From Octopus vulgaris (taxonomy: Eukaryota): DNA of 64,000 nucleotides. The notes beneath the pieces were generated by a model that saw nothing but the letters and a program-made list of their open reading frames with translations, had not been told where the DNA came from and did no database searches. The first letter of the stretch is position 1, and every line of letters starts with the position of its first letter. The position numbers were made by a program, and so were the translations under genes. Location: contig OX597827.1 in assembly GCA_951406725.2 (NCBI GenBank), forward strand, positions 17,050,001-17,114,000, given 5' to 3'. This document shows, one piece after another, positions 26,638-40,067 of the stretch.

Positions 26638-26798
26638 AAGCAACCTACCTTCCTACGTATGTATGAGTAACAGCCTGTGGCTTAGTGGTTAAGGTATTCG
26701 GTTCACGATCATAAAGTCATGAGTTCGATTCTCGCAGTTGCTTTGTGTCCTTGAGCAAGACATTTCCTTTCATTTTACTCCAGCTTACTCATCTGGCA
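26038..26798. repeat. Near-perfect ~370-bp-arm inverted duplication centred on (TA)n
   Basis: 26038-26405 is the reverse complement of 26428-26798, including microsatellites and a SINE head. An extra partial copy lies at 25874-26037. Confidence 0.9.
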
Positions 26799-26943
26799 AA
26801 ATTCAGTAGTACCCGGTATTTCGAAAGGGTAGCCTTGTCACATACTGTGTCATGCTGAATTTCCCCCGAGAACCACGTTAAGTGTGGTCCAGTCTGTGGA
26901 GTGCTGAGCACACGTATATGTATATCTGTGTATGTTTGTGTGT

Positions 26944-27003
<60 letters not shown>

Positions 27004-27120
27004 ATGTGTGTGTATGTGTGCGTATCTTCCTGCTTCTGCTTGCACGTTAAATTCATGGGCAGACTGTTCCGTTGGTCGGATCAGCTGAAACCCTGGTCGT
27101 TGTAAGCGACGGAATGCGAG
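26671..27120 (+). mobile_element. Older tRNA-derived SINE (group A-related)
   Basis: tggcttagtggttaagg...gagttcgattc head, gtgtccttgagcaagaca core, group A-like 3' end. Confidence 0.75.
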
Positions 27121-27210
27121 TTATATACGTATACATAGATAAATAGATATGCACACATAAGAGAGAGGGAACGAGAGAGAGTGACATAGAGAGAGAGAGA
27201 GTGTGTGTAT

Positions 27211-27249
<39 letters not shown>

Positions 27250-28331
27250 TGTAATTTTATCCATACTAATTGTGACGACACAAGGATATCATAAATCATT
27301 CTTTCTTCTGCACACCAGGATCGAAACTAAAACCTTGTGATTGAAAAGCGATTTTCGTAACCACACGTTCGTGCGCCTATCACTAAAAAGTAAACACCGA
27401 CAGGCAAAAGAAGCTGTTACGCGATTATTCGACATGCAAGAAAATCTCCCTCTTATCATATTCATTTCTGAAAAGACACTTTGGATTATGCGTTTCACCC
27501 TGTCTTGCAAAATAGGAAAAAAAAAACCCCAAAAAACCGGATGGTTACAAACAAAATGCATCTCACCAATGGTTCGACCAGATCACGCCTGGAGTTAAAG
27601 ATCATCAACATACTTACTGTCAAACGAACCATGTATCTTTTGATTATCTAGTGTCTACATGCCTGATTACACCAGACAGAGTCGGTTGTTTTGAATCTCT
27701 GCATTAAGAAATTATTTAAATTCTTACATTTCAATTGTGTTATCTTGCTGTGATAATACCTTATCTTAATATCAATATACTGGGCAACGAACTGATTCTC
27801 AAACTTCTGTGCATAAACGATGCTCTGACGAAACGAAAATAGCAATAACAAGTGAATGTACAAGAAATTCTTGTGCGTTTATCGGTTATTGTTGCTTTGC
27901 CCTGTCATCTAGAAACACGTGTGTTTGAAGAACCTCAATGTTTTACGGTTACTTAGCTTGAGAAACTTAAAATGCATGACTTACATACATATATATATTA
28001 CACACGCACACACACACACACCACACACACACACACAACACACACACACACATTATTTCTCTCTTCCCCTGTATCAGTCTAACTTCTCTGCCCCTCTCTG
28101 TGTTCCTCTCTCGCTCTCTCTCTTTATATATATATATATAGAGAGAGAGATAGATAGATATATACATATATAGCGAGAGAGGAAGAGGGAGCGAGAAAGA
28201 GAGAGAAGGCGGGAGGGAGAGTTGTTAGACATATAGGGGAAGAGAAAAATAATACAGGTCAAATAATGTGAGTAATCAACAAAATAATGACTTATGTGGA
28301 ACAAACATTAAAAGCAGCACTACATAAACTG

Positions 28332-28455
<124 letters not shown>

Positions 28456-28464
28456 CTCTCTCTA

Positions 28465-28501
<37 letters not shown>

Positions 28502-28597
28502 CTACCTACCTATCTATTTATCTATCTGTCCATCTATCTGTCTATCTATCTATCATATATATATATATATATATGTATGTATATCACGCACACACTC

Positions 28598-28628
<31 letters not shown>

Positions 28629-28673
28629 TGTATGTATGTATGTATGTATGTATGTATGTATGTATGTATTATG

Positions 28674-28704
<31 letters not shown>

Positions 28705-29152
28705 GGGGTGAGAGACAGACCGACAGACAGAGAGAAAGAATGCGAAACTGTGAGAGAAGGAGAGAAAGAATACCAAAGCAGGATGGATGCAACAAATAGT
28801 AAACGAATGTTGCTTCGTTACAGACTTCCGATTACCAAAATCATTTGTGCGGTACGTCTGCTTGTAGCAATGTCAGTGAGCAGTATCATATATTATTGTA
28901 CTTCACTGAATACCTGTTTCTTTAACAGATCATAAAATATTCTTTCGTTGTTTTGGATATTCATATATACATATAGGTGTAAGAGTATATATGCATAAAG
29001 ACATGAATACGTACGATGTATAGAATGCAATGGAAGATTAAATAAAAATGTAATAACGAATGAAGACAATGGTTGAGAAGAATACTGGTAGAAGCCAAAA
29101 GTATAAAACGACAAAGAAATTATATATCAGCCAACCTGATATTGTTTTTTTT

Positions 29153-29961
29153 GGAACTTTTCGGTTTGAACGGCAGTTTTTTTCTAGCGGTGTCATATGA
29201 AATTGTCACCCATAATTATGACCCTAGTATCGATCTATTGCATTTCAATCAGTTTTAGGGTTAGGGGTGGGGGAAGGGTATCAGAAACCTGGACGTTATC
29301 AAACAAGCTTGAGAGGCGGTTGGATGGAACCTACACTCGCCTCCTTATGAGAGCTCAAAATCTCTCGTGGAAGTATCATCCAACCAAAATGCAAATATAT
29401 GGGAAACTACCACCTGTGTCATCTCTTGTGAAAGGTAGGAGAGTCCAGTTTGCTAGACATTGTTGTAGAGCTGAAAACGAGGCAATTTCTACTCTTCTCC
29501 TCTGGAAGCCATCTACTCGCAATACCAGAGGGCGCACACTCTCCTACCCTGATGTAATCTCCAGGGATACAGGCATCCAGCAACAGGACCTCCGTAATGC
29601 TATGATGGACCGTGAAGTCTGGCGTAGCATGGTAAATTCCATTGTCTCGACCACGGTTGAACAATGATGATGATGATGATCTTTTTTCTTCACAAATGTA
29701 AATATACCCAATCTGTTTCTTAAACGAGGAACATATTCATATGGCACAGAATGCTTTTTAACTCAGTAGACGTCACTGATTGGTTGAAATTGCAGAAATT
29801 GAAGAAAAACAACAACAAATATCTTACAAACTATAGAATTTTCTCAATAAAGCCAAGAGAAAAAGATGTTTTATGAACACATTCTACCAGTATACGAAGA
29901 TAAAATTTATTTAGTTACCTAGAAATTATGTTAAAAACTGCCGTTCAAACCGAAAGGATCC
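29153..29961. mobile_element. MITE (same family as 8236-8659, opposite orientation) carrying an RTE insertion
   Basis: TIRs ggaacttttcggtttgaacggcagttttt ... aaaaactgccgttcaaaccgaaaggatcc. Confidence 0.85.
29283..29678 (+). mobile_element. RTE-like LINE 3' fragment (ORF2 C-terminus with (TGA)n tail)
   Basis: ETWTLSNKLERRLDGTYTRLLMRAQNLSWK..HPT...RRVQFARHCCRA...RGR...AMMDREVWRS, a typical RTE-type C-terminus. Tail tgatgatga. Confidence 0.85.
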
Positions 29962-30698
29962 GCTTTTTGAGTCGACACACACAAACACATGTAATTCAAA
30001 AACCCGTTCTGTTATAGTAGTAAGTATTTTACTGGATGTTAATGTGGTAAGAAAACTATCAAAGGAAAGAAAACCTCTATGAATTATTGAATAAATGTCT
30101 CTAGAACCAGTACTGAAAGCATATTCTCAGCTTAATGTTCATTATTTTTCGTGCAAAAGAATATCCATCAGGTTATAAATGAACTTGGATTCTCGGAGAA
30201 CTTCAATAGACTCCCTAAATTGTTTACTGTCGATGATTGCCATTTGAGAGGTAACAATAATTTGTAAGACGTAAAGGATTTTTTATGGTGAATAGTTGCT
30301 TATATAATGACTGTAAAAAGAAAATATTGTGTTTCATCTCAAGAGATTTTCATTGCAAATTTACCATCAAGAGGGTAGCAAACAAACATCTATCTATCTA
30401 TTTTCGCCTCTCACGTATTCGGGCGCTTGTATTTGCGATCGCATCCTTTCGGTCATTTCCAACATTCATGAACGCACAAAAACCGAACTGAAGATAGCAA
30501 GTTTAGTCTTTGCCATCCGAGCATAAAAAAAAAGGATTTAAATGATGTTAACTGGAGCGCGGCCATTTCGATTGTTTGTTATTGCCATCCTAAAACTGGA
30601 GATTATTACAAAATATCTAGTGGATAAATGAAGTTTTAATATCCCAAAATAAGTTGTGGATTGTGTGACATTTCTAAGGAAGATATTTCAATTATTGT

Positions 30699-31085
30699 GG
30701 AGGCGCAATGGCCCAGTGGTTAGGGCAGCGGACTCGCGGTCGTAGGATCGCGGCTTCGATTCCCATACCGGGCGTTGTGAGTGTTTATTGAGCGAAAACA
30801 CCTAAAGCTCCACGAGGCTCCGGCAGGGGATGGTGGTGATCCCTGCTGTACTCTTTCACCAAAACTTTCTCTCACTCTTACTTCCTGTTTCTGTTGTACC
30901 TGCATTTCAAAGGGCCGGCCTTGTCACTCTCTGTGTCACGCTGAATATCCCCGAGAACTACGTTAAGGATACATGTGTCTGTGGAGTGCTCAGCCACTTA
31001 CACGTTAATTTCACGAGCAGGCTGTTCCGTTGATTCGGATCAACCGGAACCCTCGTCGTCGTAACCGACGGAGTGCTTCCATCCA
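30699..31085 (+). mobile_element. Group A SINE (full length)
   Basis: ggaggcgcaatggcccagtggttagggcagcggactcgcggtc...gacggagtgcttcc. Confidence 0.9.
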
Positions 31086-31200
31086 TTGCAATTATTAGCA
31101 AATAATACGTCCTTACTCAAGGATGCAATGCGTCGTCAGGAATCGAACTCAAGTCCTTACGATCGTGAAGCAGATACTATAACCATTAAGCCACTTACAT

Positions 31201-31238
<38 letters not shown>

Positions 31239-31942
31239 CTGTTTGCTTTGGTACCAACATCTTTTTTTTTTATCAAAGATTATAAATTCACATTGATATT
31301 AATAATTCTTGATGCAACAGAAGGTGGCAATCTAAAAAATTATGGATTTTGAAACCGAGAAAACTACTAATATGCAAGTTGCAAATGCAATCTGAAAGCG
31401 GATTAACAAAAATATCCAAGATATCTCTAAAGTTCAGAACTTAGCATTTATAATTTCTGTCATCTAAATTCTCGCAATGGAGCTATCTTTATTAGAAACC
31501 AGTTACTTCTCGATAGAATTAATTCAAGTGTACTGAAAGCGGATTCCAAATAAACTTTCTTCAGAAAACTGATTATAGCAGCGACTCCACCTAAGAATAT
31601 CTCAAGAAGGAATTTTATTCCGAAATATCCTCACACTATGGATGACTAAATTACAACAGGTATATAGCCCATTGTCTATATTATAGTGCATTGTTGTACC
31701 ATTCAAAACTTTTTAATATTCTTTAAAACGAGAAAAATATAAAGAAAGAGAATCGAAAGATACATACATATGAAACTAAGAGGGGAAGTTTAAAATCAGT
31801 CGCCACAGTGTTCGTGCATCGTAATACATCATGTAAGTAAAATAAGCTAAATTACACAGGTAAAACTAACACGTCAAACACCGTACTTTGCACTGCTTAT
31901 TTTTTCGCTGAAATTAATGTATGTAATATAATTATTTATCCT

Positions 31943-32357
31943 AAGTCGGCGAGCTGGCAGAAATGTTAGCACCCCGGGCGAAATGCTGAGCAGTATTTCG
32001 CCTGTCTCTGCGTTCTGAGTTCAAATTCTGCCGAGGTCGACTTTGCATTTCATCCTTATGGGGTCGATAAATTAAGTACCAGTTACGCACTGGGGTCGAT
32101 ATAATCGACTTAATCCGTTTGTCTGTCCTTGGTTGTCCTCTGTGTGTTTAGCCCCTTGTGGGTAGTAAAGAAATAGTTATTTCGTCTGCCGCTACGTTGT
32201 GAGTTCAAATTCCGCCGAGGTCGACTTTGCCTTTCATCCTTTCGTGGTCGATTAAATAAGTACCAGTTACGCACTGGGGTCAGTCTAATCGACTTAATCC
32301 GTTTGTCTGTCCTTGTTTGCCCCCTCTATGTTTAGACCCCTGTTGAAAATAAAGAAA
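31943..32357 (+). mobile_element. Group C SINE, head-to-tail partial dimer
   Basis: Two consecutive gagttcaaatt(c/t)gccgaggtcgac...gcccc units. Confidence 0.85.
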
Positions 32358-33405
32358 TGAATATAATTCTTTATCGTGTCTTTTGTATAAGAGAAGGTGC
32401 TGATATGGCTGCCATGTGGTTTCGGGTTCAGTCGTACAGCGCGGCACCTTGGGTAAGTGTATTTTATACCATACCCCGAATCAAGTGTTTGTTTCCTCAC
32501 CACTACTCAATCCTATCGGCTTTAGTACTGAACTGGTACTTATTTCATCGACTCAGGAAAGAGGAAAAGCTGAGTTGACGTGGCGGAATGTAAGAACCGG
32601 AAAAAGTATCACTATCCATTTTTTTTCTCTACGCTCTAACAATTCTGTGAGCTCGCCGCCCTCTTCCTAATGATGAAATAACAACATCAACAACAACAGC
32701 AACACTAATAATGATGATGATGATGATGATGATGATGATGTGTATATGGAATAGTTGTAAATTAATTAAAATTATATCTGCAATATCACTGAAAACTAAC
32801 ACTGATAAAGCTCTGGAATGTTATTAAGGGAAATAATTACCAAGAAGCATCGTTTATGCAAATCAGTGTATCCAGTTTCCTAATGTCCGTAATAATAGTG
32901 GCTATAAATACAATATTACGACAAAGTTAGAAATGATCAGTCAACTGTTGATAAAATTTAATTATATCATTATTATCTAATGAATTATAATTAATTTATG
33001 CATGTATAGCTTCAATCTGTGGTGTATCACAGCTCCGGATTATAAACTCCCGGATATTACTACTTCGTAAAAAAAATAGCACGAAGCAGAAGACGAAATG
33101 TTGGCGGTAGCTTGATTGCTTTTGACTGTAGGCTTGCTCTGTAAGTTTGACTAATGGATAAACAAGGCGTACTTACAATGTCACGATAAGTCAACGATAT
33201 GATTCCTATGTGGCCGTTCGATCTTCTCGAAATAACCGTCACATTTGTTCCAGTATTCTAATCCCAGAAGAGAACAGGGTGTTAAAAAAAAAACTTGCTA
33301 TCGTCAATTCAAATTTCGTGGAAGGTCTTTGATCATGTATGTTCGAGGTGAGATCTGAGTTGAGGATAAAAAACAGCAATAATGAAGTAGTGATCGCTCG
33401 ACGTA

Positions 33406-34035
33406 CAGTGGCTGTGTGGTAAGTAGCTTGCTTACCAACCATATAGTTCCGGGTTCAGTGTCACTGCTTGGCACCTCGGGCAAGTGTCTTCTACTATAGC
33501 CTTGGGCCGACCAAAACCTTGTAAGTGGATTTGGTAGACGGAAACTGAAAGACGCCCGTCGAATATATGTATATGTATATGTGTGTGTGTTTGCGTGTCT
33601 GTGTTTGTCCTCCCAACATCGCTTGACAACCGATTTTGGTGTGTTTACGTCTCCGTAACTTAGCGGTTCGGCAAAAGAGACCGATAGAATAAGTACTAGG
33701 CTTTACCAACAATAAGTCCTGAGATCGATTTGCGTAACTGGTACTTATTTAATCAACCACGAAAGGATGAAGGGATGAAAGGCAAAGTCGACCTCGGCGG
33801 AATTCGAACTCAGAACGTAGCGGCAGATGAAATACCTATTTCTTTATTAACAACAAGGGGCTGAACATAGAGGGGACAAACATGGACAGACATAGGTATT
33901 AAGTCGATTATATCGACCCCAGTGCGTAACTGGTACTTAATTTATCGACCCCGAAAGGATGAAAGGCAAAGTCGACCTCTAATACCGCTAAGCATTTCGC
34001 CCGGCGTGCTAACATCTCTGCCAGCTCGCCGCCTT
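33406..34035. mobile_element. Group B SINE (+, 33406-33735) fused to a group C partial dimer (-, 33733-34035)
   Basis: Family-diagnostic motifs as in the other copies. Confidence 0.8.
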
Positions 34036-34429
34036 AATATGTATATATATTATATATATTAAAGCTTGAAAAACCTTTGATCGATGGGCTGCTATTATAA
34101 GGGCTGCCCTGAGGTAAGCAGACACAGACACAGACACAGACACACACACACAGACACACACACACAAACACTCATGCACAATTATAAAAACAAGAATAAA
34201 GTGACAGAAACAACTACCGCAATGGGTGCATCGCCCGTTGCATGAGTTTTTATCGTTTGTTTTTTCTTGCCGTTTTACTTTCTACCATTTTTATTTTCTC
34301 CTCCATCATACCGGGATATTTCGAAGACATTTTAAAATTTCTCAAGAGAGTGGTGAGCTATCAACTGTCACAGAAGGCGAAAGTTGGTAAGGAATTAAAA
34401 TGGCATTTCTCCAAGAACTGGTCGCACAA

Positions 34430-34973
34430 AGTGTAGCTGTGGGGTTGATGTTAGTGGTGATGTTGGCATGGCGACCTTGGGAGTAGAAGTGAGAGTCTTG
34501 AAAGAATTGGTGATGCTGATGTTGGATATAATGGGGATGATGTTGCGTGTAGTGGTGGGGTGATGACTTGTGGTAGTAGCAGTGGTGGTATTATGACGAT
34601 AATAGTGGCGGTGTTGCAAGTCTTGAAGGTATAGGTGGTAGTGTTGTGATGCTTGTCGTTGTTGTGGTTGCGTTTGTGGTAATGGTATCGGTGGTAGTGT
34701 TGTGGTGGTGTTGATGTCATTGATGGTGTTGGAGGTAGTGGATGTGCTGGTGGTAATGGCATCGGTGGTTGTGGAGGTAGTGTATGAGGTATTGCTGACT
34801 GAGGTAGCGTTTGTAGTAGTAGAGTGTCGGTAGTGGTGGTGGTGGTGGTGGTGGTGGTGGTGGTGGTGGTGGTGGTGGTGGTGACGGTTGTGGTGTTGTT
34901 GGTGGTGGTAGTTGCAGAGTTGGTAGTAGTGCTTGTGAGGTTTGTGATGCAGCGTAGGTAGTTGTTTCGAAAC

Positions 34974-35026
<53 letters not shown>

Positions 35027-35250
35027 CGTTGGCGATCGCAGTGGCTATGCTCATGTTAGTAGTGGTAGCAGCTACCGCCGCCGCCGCCGCCGCCGCCTCC
35101 GCCGCCGCCTCCGCCTCCACCTCCGCAGTAGTAGTAGTAGTAGCAGTGACACTTGTTGATTGTGAATAAAATTCGCTTTAATTGAAAGAAAACCAACAAG
35201 GCCACCACCACCACCACCACCAGTTACAACAACAACAACAACAACAACAA
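34430..35250. repeat. Low-complexity (GGT)/(AGT)/(CCG) trinucleotide region
   Basis: Directly visible. Produces spurious poly-T/H/A ORFs. Confidence 0.85.
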
Positions 35251-35479
35251 CTCTAAACTGAAAACAAAATGTCTGCGGACGCAAAGGGTTTAATGAAGAA
35301 GTTTGTATTAATTCCAGTTGACACGAAATTAAAATCGTATTAATTAGAGCAACTTAGCTCTAAACTTGAGAGTCAACGACTTGTCTTTCTGTCTCTGTAG
35401 TTATATAGGATTTCTTCATTACGTGGTTTTCTAGTATGTACGAGGGATTTCCTTGCATGGCTCTCTTCTGACATGATGC

Positions 35480-35480
35480 G

Positions 35481-35552
<72 letters not shown>

Positions 35553-35648
35553 ATGTGTGTGCATGTGTGTGTGTGGTACTAATGCGTGCGTATGTATGTG
35601 TGTAGTGTGAGATTAAAGTGTGACAATATATGTGTGAGTGTGTGTATG

Positions 35649-35687
<39 letters not shown>

Positions 35688-35784
35688 ATGTGTGTGTGTG
35701 TGTAATGTGTGGTACTAATGCGTGCGTATGTATGTGTGTAGTGTGAGATTAAAGTGTGACAATATATGTGTGAGTGTGCGTATG

Positions 35785-35837
<53 letters not shown>

Positions 35838-35946
35838 ATGTGTGTGCATGTGTGTGTGTGTGTGTGTGTGTGCATGTGTGTGCATGTGTGTGTGTGGTAC
35901 TAATGCGTGGGTATGTATGTGTGTAGTGTGAGATTAAAGTGTGACA

Positions 35947-35989
<43 letters not shown>

Positions 35990-36110
35990 CATGTGTGTGT
36001 GTTTGTGTGTGTTGTGTGTATCAGTGTGTGTGTGTGTGTCTTTGTGGAATTGTAATCATATATACGGGAGTTTTATTATCTGTGTATATATTTGTACGTG
36101 GGAGTGTGTC

Positions 36111-36149
<39 letters not shown>

Positions 36150-36210
36150 TACTAACGCGTGCGTATGTATGTGTGTAGTGTGCGATTAAAATGTGACAAT
36201 GTATGTGTGA
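35480..36210. repeat. Tandem array of a ~60-bp core separated by (TG)n (4 copies)
   Basis: ggtactaatgcgtgcgtatgtatgtgtgtagtgtgagattaaagtgtgacaatatatgtg at ~35575, 35711, 35896 and 36148. Confidence 0.85.
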
Positions 36211-36211
36211 G

Positions 36212-36282
<71 letters not shown>

Positions 36283-36701
36283 ATGCAATGCTTGTGTTTA
36301 TCCATATACGTGTTTATATATGGAAGCGTGTGCGCGCGCGCGTGTGTATGTGTGTGTGTGCGTGCGTGTGTGTATGTATACTGTGTCTTTCTGTATTATT
36401 TACATAATTTACACATTTTGTGCCTACGTTTAATGTTTGTGTATATACTGTGCATGGGTGTATATTTTATTTTTATACTTGGTGTGTATAGTTAGTGTAT
36501 GTTGCGTGTATATTGTTATATTTGTTTAATGTTTGTATTTAAATATAAACAATATGAGAGATCACTATATGGATCCCTTATATGCTAAAAGTAGACGTCA
36601 AACCGCCTTACCACTAAATCTGCGTTCTGAACTTAGTTAAGAAGTTAGATGTTTACGAGCAAGACAAATGAAAAAAAAATAAACATAGGCGTAGGAGTGT
36701 T

Positions 36702-36739
<38 letters not shown>

Positions 36740-37004
36740 ATATACTTTATAACTATATTCAACGTGTGTGTCATACGTGTATACGGGAGTGTATATGTGA
36801 TGCGTTCTAATGAACGTATCTGTGGCTATTTGACATGTCTTCTCAATATGTATGTTGAGCAAGAATCGGCGTATGTGTAGCATGGTTGCAATAAGTGTTT
36901 ATTCTGTGCTCATCTGTTTGTGTGTGTGATTTTGCATGTGTCTATATTTTGAGCTAATATGACCTGTTGTGTCTTTTTGTGTATGCGCTTGTGTTTTTTT
37001 TCTG

Positions 37005-37065
<61 letters not shown>

Positions 37066-37263
37066 GTGTGTGGGTTTGTGTTTGCGTGTATTTAGTATAC
37101 AGAATGTCCTCCTGAGATATTTCCCGTCTCCAATGTTGTGATATTTATAACCAGCGCCGCTACTTTCATTTCCCCCTATTTCTGTATGAAGTACTATAAG
37201 TTATAATCATGTAAATGGTTTATGTATTATCATATTTCACATTGGATACATACACAACACATG

Positions 37264-37336
<73 letters not shown>

Positions 37337-37384
37337 CACACACATATATATATATATATAAATGTATATATTCATACTTACATA

Positions 37385-37421
<37 letters not shown>

Positions 37422-37436
37422 GATATATATACATAT

Positions 37437-37628
37437 AAAGTTAATCCAAACAAGAAAGCACAAAAAAAACACAGCAACAACGCGAGGACGTGGAACAAAT
37501 ATAGTATTATTGGACGCTCAGGAAAGAAGGAAAGAATGAGGGTTTAACGTTTCAGCGGAGCTCTTCGTCGGAAACATAGGAGAAGGAAGACAGAGGGAAA
37601 AAATCGCCAACGGTAAACACGAGATCAC

Positions 37629-37630
<2 letters not shown>
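37437..37630 (-). mobile_element. CUGACGA-family hammerhead-bearing element (decayed core CCGACGA)
   Basis: Homologous to 12219-12432. Flanked by (TA)n. Confidence 0.7.
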
Positions 37631-37689
<59 letters not shown>

Positions 37690-37693
<4 letters not shown>

Positions 37694-38197
37694 CCCGGCA
37701 TAGCCCGGCATTGCCCGGGTATGTAAGAGCCCCTGGAGCAGACATGATGCTCGCTGTGAATTTTAAAAAAATTCCTGCCAATTTGTGAAAGATATTGTCG
37801 AAAATATGTCATCTTGAATTTGAACGCGATTTCCCAAATTGGCATGATTTTATCGATTTTTTCTGATGGTAAGGTATTGCATGGAAAACTAACGTCAGAA
37901 TTAAGTTTCTTAGGGTAACATTAAGTTTCACCATGAGTTTGGTCAAAATCGATGGCAAGTTGCGAAAACTACAACAGAAAATGTGTTGCAAATAAAAAGC
38001 TTAGATTCTCGACCCCATGTCGAATTTATCAATTTTTTTCAGAACTGGGGGAACTTTCCAAAATTTTCGCTGCGTTAGTTTTGAATTATGACATTGGGCT
38101 ATGTGTGTGTCAAGTTTCATCAGAATCGGTTGAAAGCCGTGGTCAGGGTGAGAGTACAACCTGACAGACACACAGACACACAGACAGACAAACTGCC

Positions 38198-38205
<8 letters not shown>
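37690..38205 (-). mobile_element. Non-autonomous Helitron (family H2)
   Basis: Homologous to 43852-44245. Hairpin cccgggcaatgccggg near the 3' end. Confidence 0.75.
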
Positions 38206-38249
<44 letters not shown>

Positions 38250-38250
38250 T

Positions 38251-38284
<34 letters not shown>

Positions 38285-38462
38285 TGTATGTATGTATGTA
38301 TGTATGTATTCTACCCGATGAAGCGCCCACACACCGCTGCTGCTGAAAAATATTCAGCTATGTGGGAGTCATAAAGAATGGGCTTGTGTAATAGTATTTG
38401 AATATACAACTAAGTAAGTTAAAGCTGTTGTGTGGTGCAGAAACGAATGTTGTGATCTACTT

Positions 38463-38800
38463 GAAGGCGCATGGCCCAGTGGTTAGAGCGTCAAGCTTAC
38501 GATCGTAAGGTTGTGAGCTCGAATCCCGGACCGGGCTGCGTGTTGTGTTGTCGAGCGAGACACTTTATTTCATGTCGCTCCAGTTCACTCAGCTGTAGAA
38601 ATGAGTTGCGAAGTCACGGGTGCCAAGCTGTATTGGCCCCTTTGCCTTTCCCTTGGATAACACTGGTGGCGGGGAGAGAGGAGGCCAGTATGCTTGGGCG
38701 ACTGCTGGTCTTCCATAAACCACCTTGCACAGACTTATGACTAGGAGGGTAACTTTCTAGGTGTAATACCATGGTGAGTGTCGTGACCGAAGGGGGACCC
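38463..38800 (+). mobile_element. tRNA-derived SINE (group A-related, different body)
   Basis: gaaggcgcatggcccagtggttagagcg...ctcgaatccc head. Related to 47872-48199 and 50750-50899. Confidence 0.8.
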
Positions 38801-38848
38801 GACCGACCTCATGTTGTTTTATTCTTGTATTTATCTCATATCAAAGAA

Positions 38849-39230
38849 GGAGGCGCAATGGCCTAGTGGTTAGGGCAGCGGACTCGCGGTCGTAGGATCG
38901 CGGTTTCGATTCCCAGACCGGGCGTTGTGAGTGTTTATTGAGCGAAAACACCTAAGGCTCCACAAGGCTCCGAGGGGATGGTGGTGATCCCTGCTGTACT
39001 CTTCCGCCACAACTTTCTCTCACTCTTACTTCCTGTTTCTGTTGTACCTGTATTTCAAAGGGCCGGCCTTGTCACTCTCTGTGTCACGCTGAATATCCCC
39101 GAGAACTACGTTAAGGGTACACGTGTTTGTGGAGTGCTCAGCCACTTACACGTTAATTTCAGGAGCAGGCTGTTCCGTTGATCGGATCAACCGGAACCCT
39201 CGTCGTCGTAACCGACGGAGTGCTTCCATC
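38849..39230 (+). mobile_element. Group A SINE (full length)
   Basis: Near-identical to 30699-31085. TSD catatcaaaga. Confidence 0.9.
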
Positions 39231-39664
39231 CATATCAAAGAGTAGTTCCATATGTGTATCAATCCCTGCAATACACCCTACTGTAGCATAACATATGATA
39301 TCCAAATAACGACAGAAGAGGTTTTAAATGCACGTTACGAAGTCTTCCCTCGAATGATTCTAAATTATATATATCCAAGTTTAGGGAGTGGTGTAGATAT
39401 AATCCAAGCAACATATGTTTCATAGTTAATAGAACCTCTAAAGTAGTAATCAAAATCGAATCTCCAGCGGGTCAACATCGGTTCCCATGACGACAGTGTT
39501 GATTTATTTTGATCTGATGAGTCACTAGCTGATTACCCTTCGTTTGGATATTTACTACTTCCAAGATTCTGTTAACTATGAAACGTATGTAGCCAGCATG
39601 ACACGTATTTCCCCCATGATTTCCATGTTCAGAGAAGTCAAGAGGGAAATAGATTTAACCTTAC

Positions 39665-40067
39665 ATTCATCATCATTGTTTGACACGTGGTCGAGATAAT
39701 GGAATTTACTATGTTACGACAGACTTCACGGTCCATCATAGCATTATGGAGGTCCTGTTTTTGGATGCCTGTATTCCTGGAGATTACATCAGGGTAGGAG
39801 AGTGTGCGCCCTCTGGTATCACGAGCAGATGGCTTCCAGAGGAGAAGAGCAGAAATTACCTCGTTTTCAGCTCTACAACAACGTCCAGCAAACTGGACTC
39901 TTCTACCTTTCACAAGAGATGATACAGGTGGTAATTTCCCATATATTTGTACTTTGGTTGGATGACACTTCCATGAGAGATTTTGAGCTCTCATAAGGAG
40001 GAGGGACGTTATCAAAGAAGCTTGAGAAGCGGTTGGATGGAACTTACACTCGCCTCCTTATGAGAGC
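39665..40067 (-). mobile_element. RTE-like LINE 3' fragment with 5' inversion
   Basis: 39665-40002 (-) is homologous to 29340-29678, and 40004-40067 (+) is homologous to 29291-29354. Confidence 0.85.

Noticed and set aside
27820-27845. tgct-CTGACGA-aac-GAAA-atagca hammerhead-like match
   Set aside because: No stem II and no proper UH cleavage site. Single copy.
30699-30775. tRNA-like sequence (also at 2051, 38463, 38849, 62549)
   Set aside because: These are SINE heads: no acceptor stem pairing, and they are followed by SINE bodies or are truncated.
30000-31700. Possible further Penelope ORF relics
   Set aside because: Too degenerate to assign by eye.
34395-35120. 241-aa A/T/H-rich ORF resembling a transcription-factor low-complexity region
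   Set aside because: Built entirely from trinucleotide repeats. No domain or convincing exon structure.
35480-36210. Repeat-spacer-like array suggestive of CRISPR
   Set aside because: Eukaryotic context, spacers are (TG)n microsatellite, and there are no cas genes.
39510-39545. CTGATGA followed by a small hairpin
   Set aside because: No GAAA, stem III or stem I closure.
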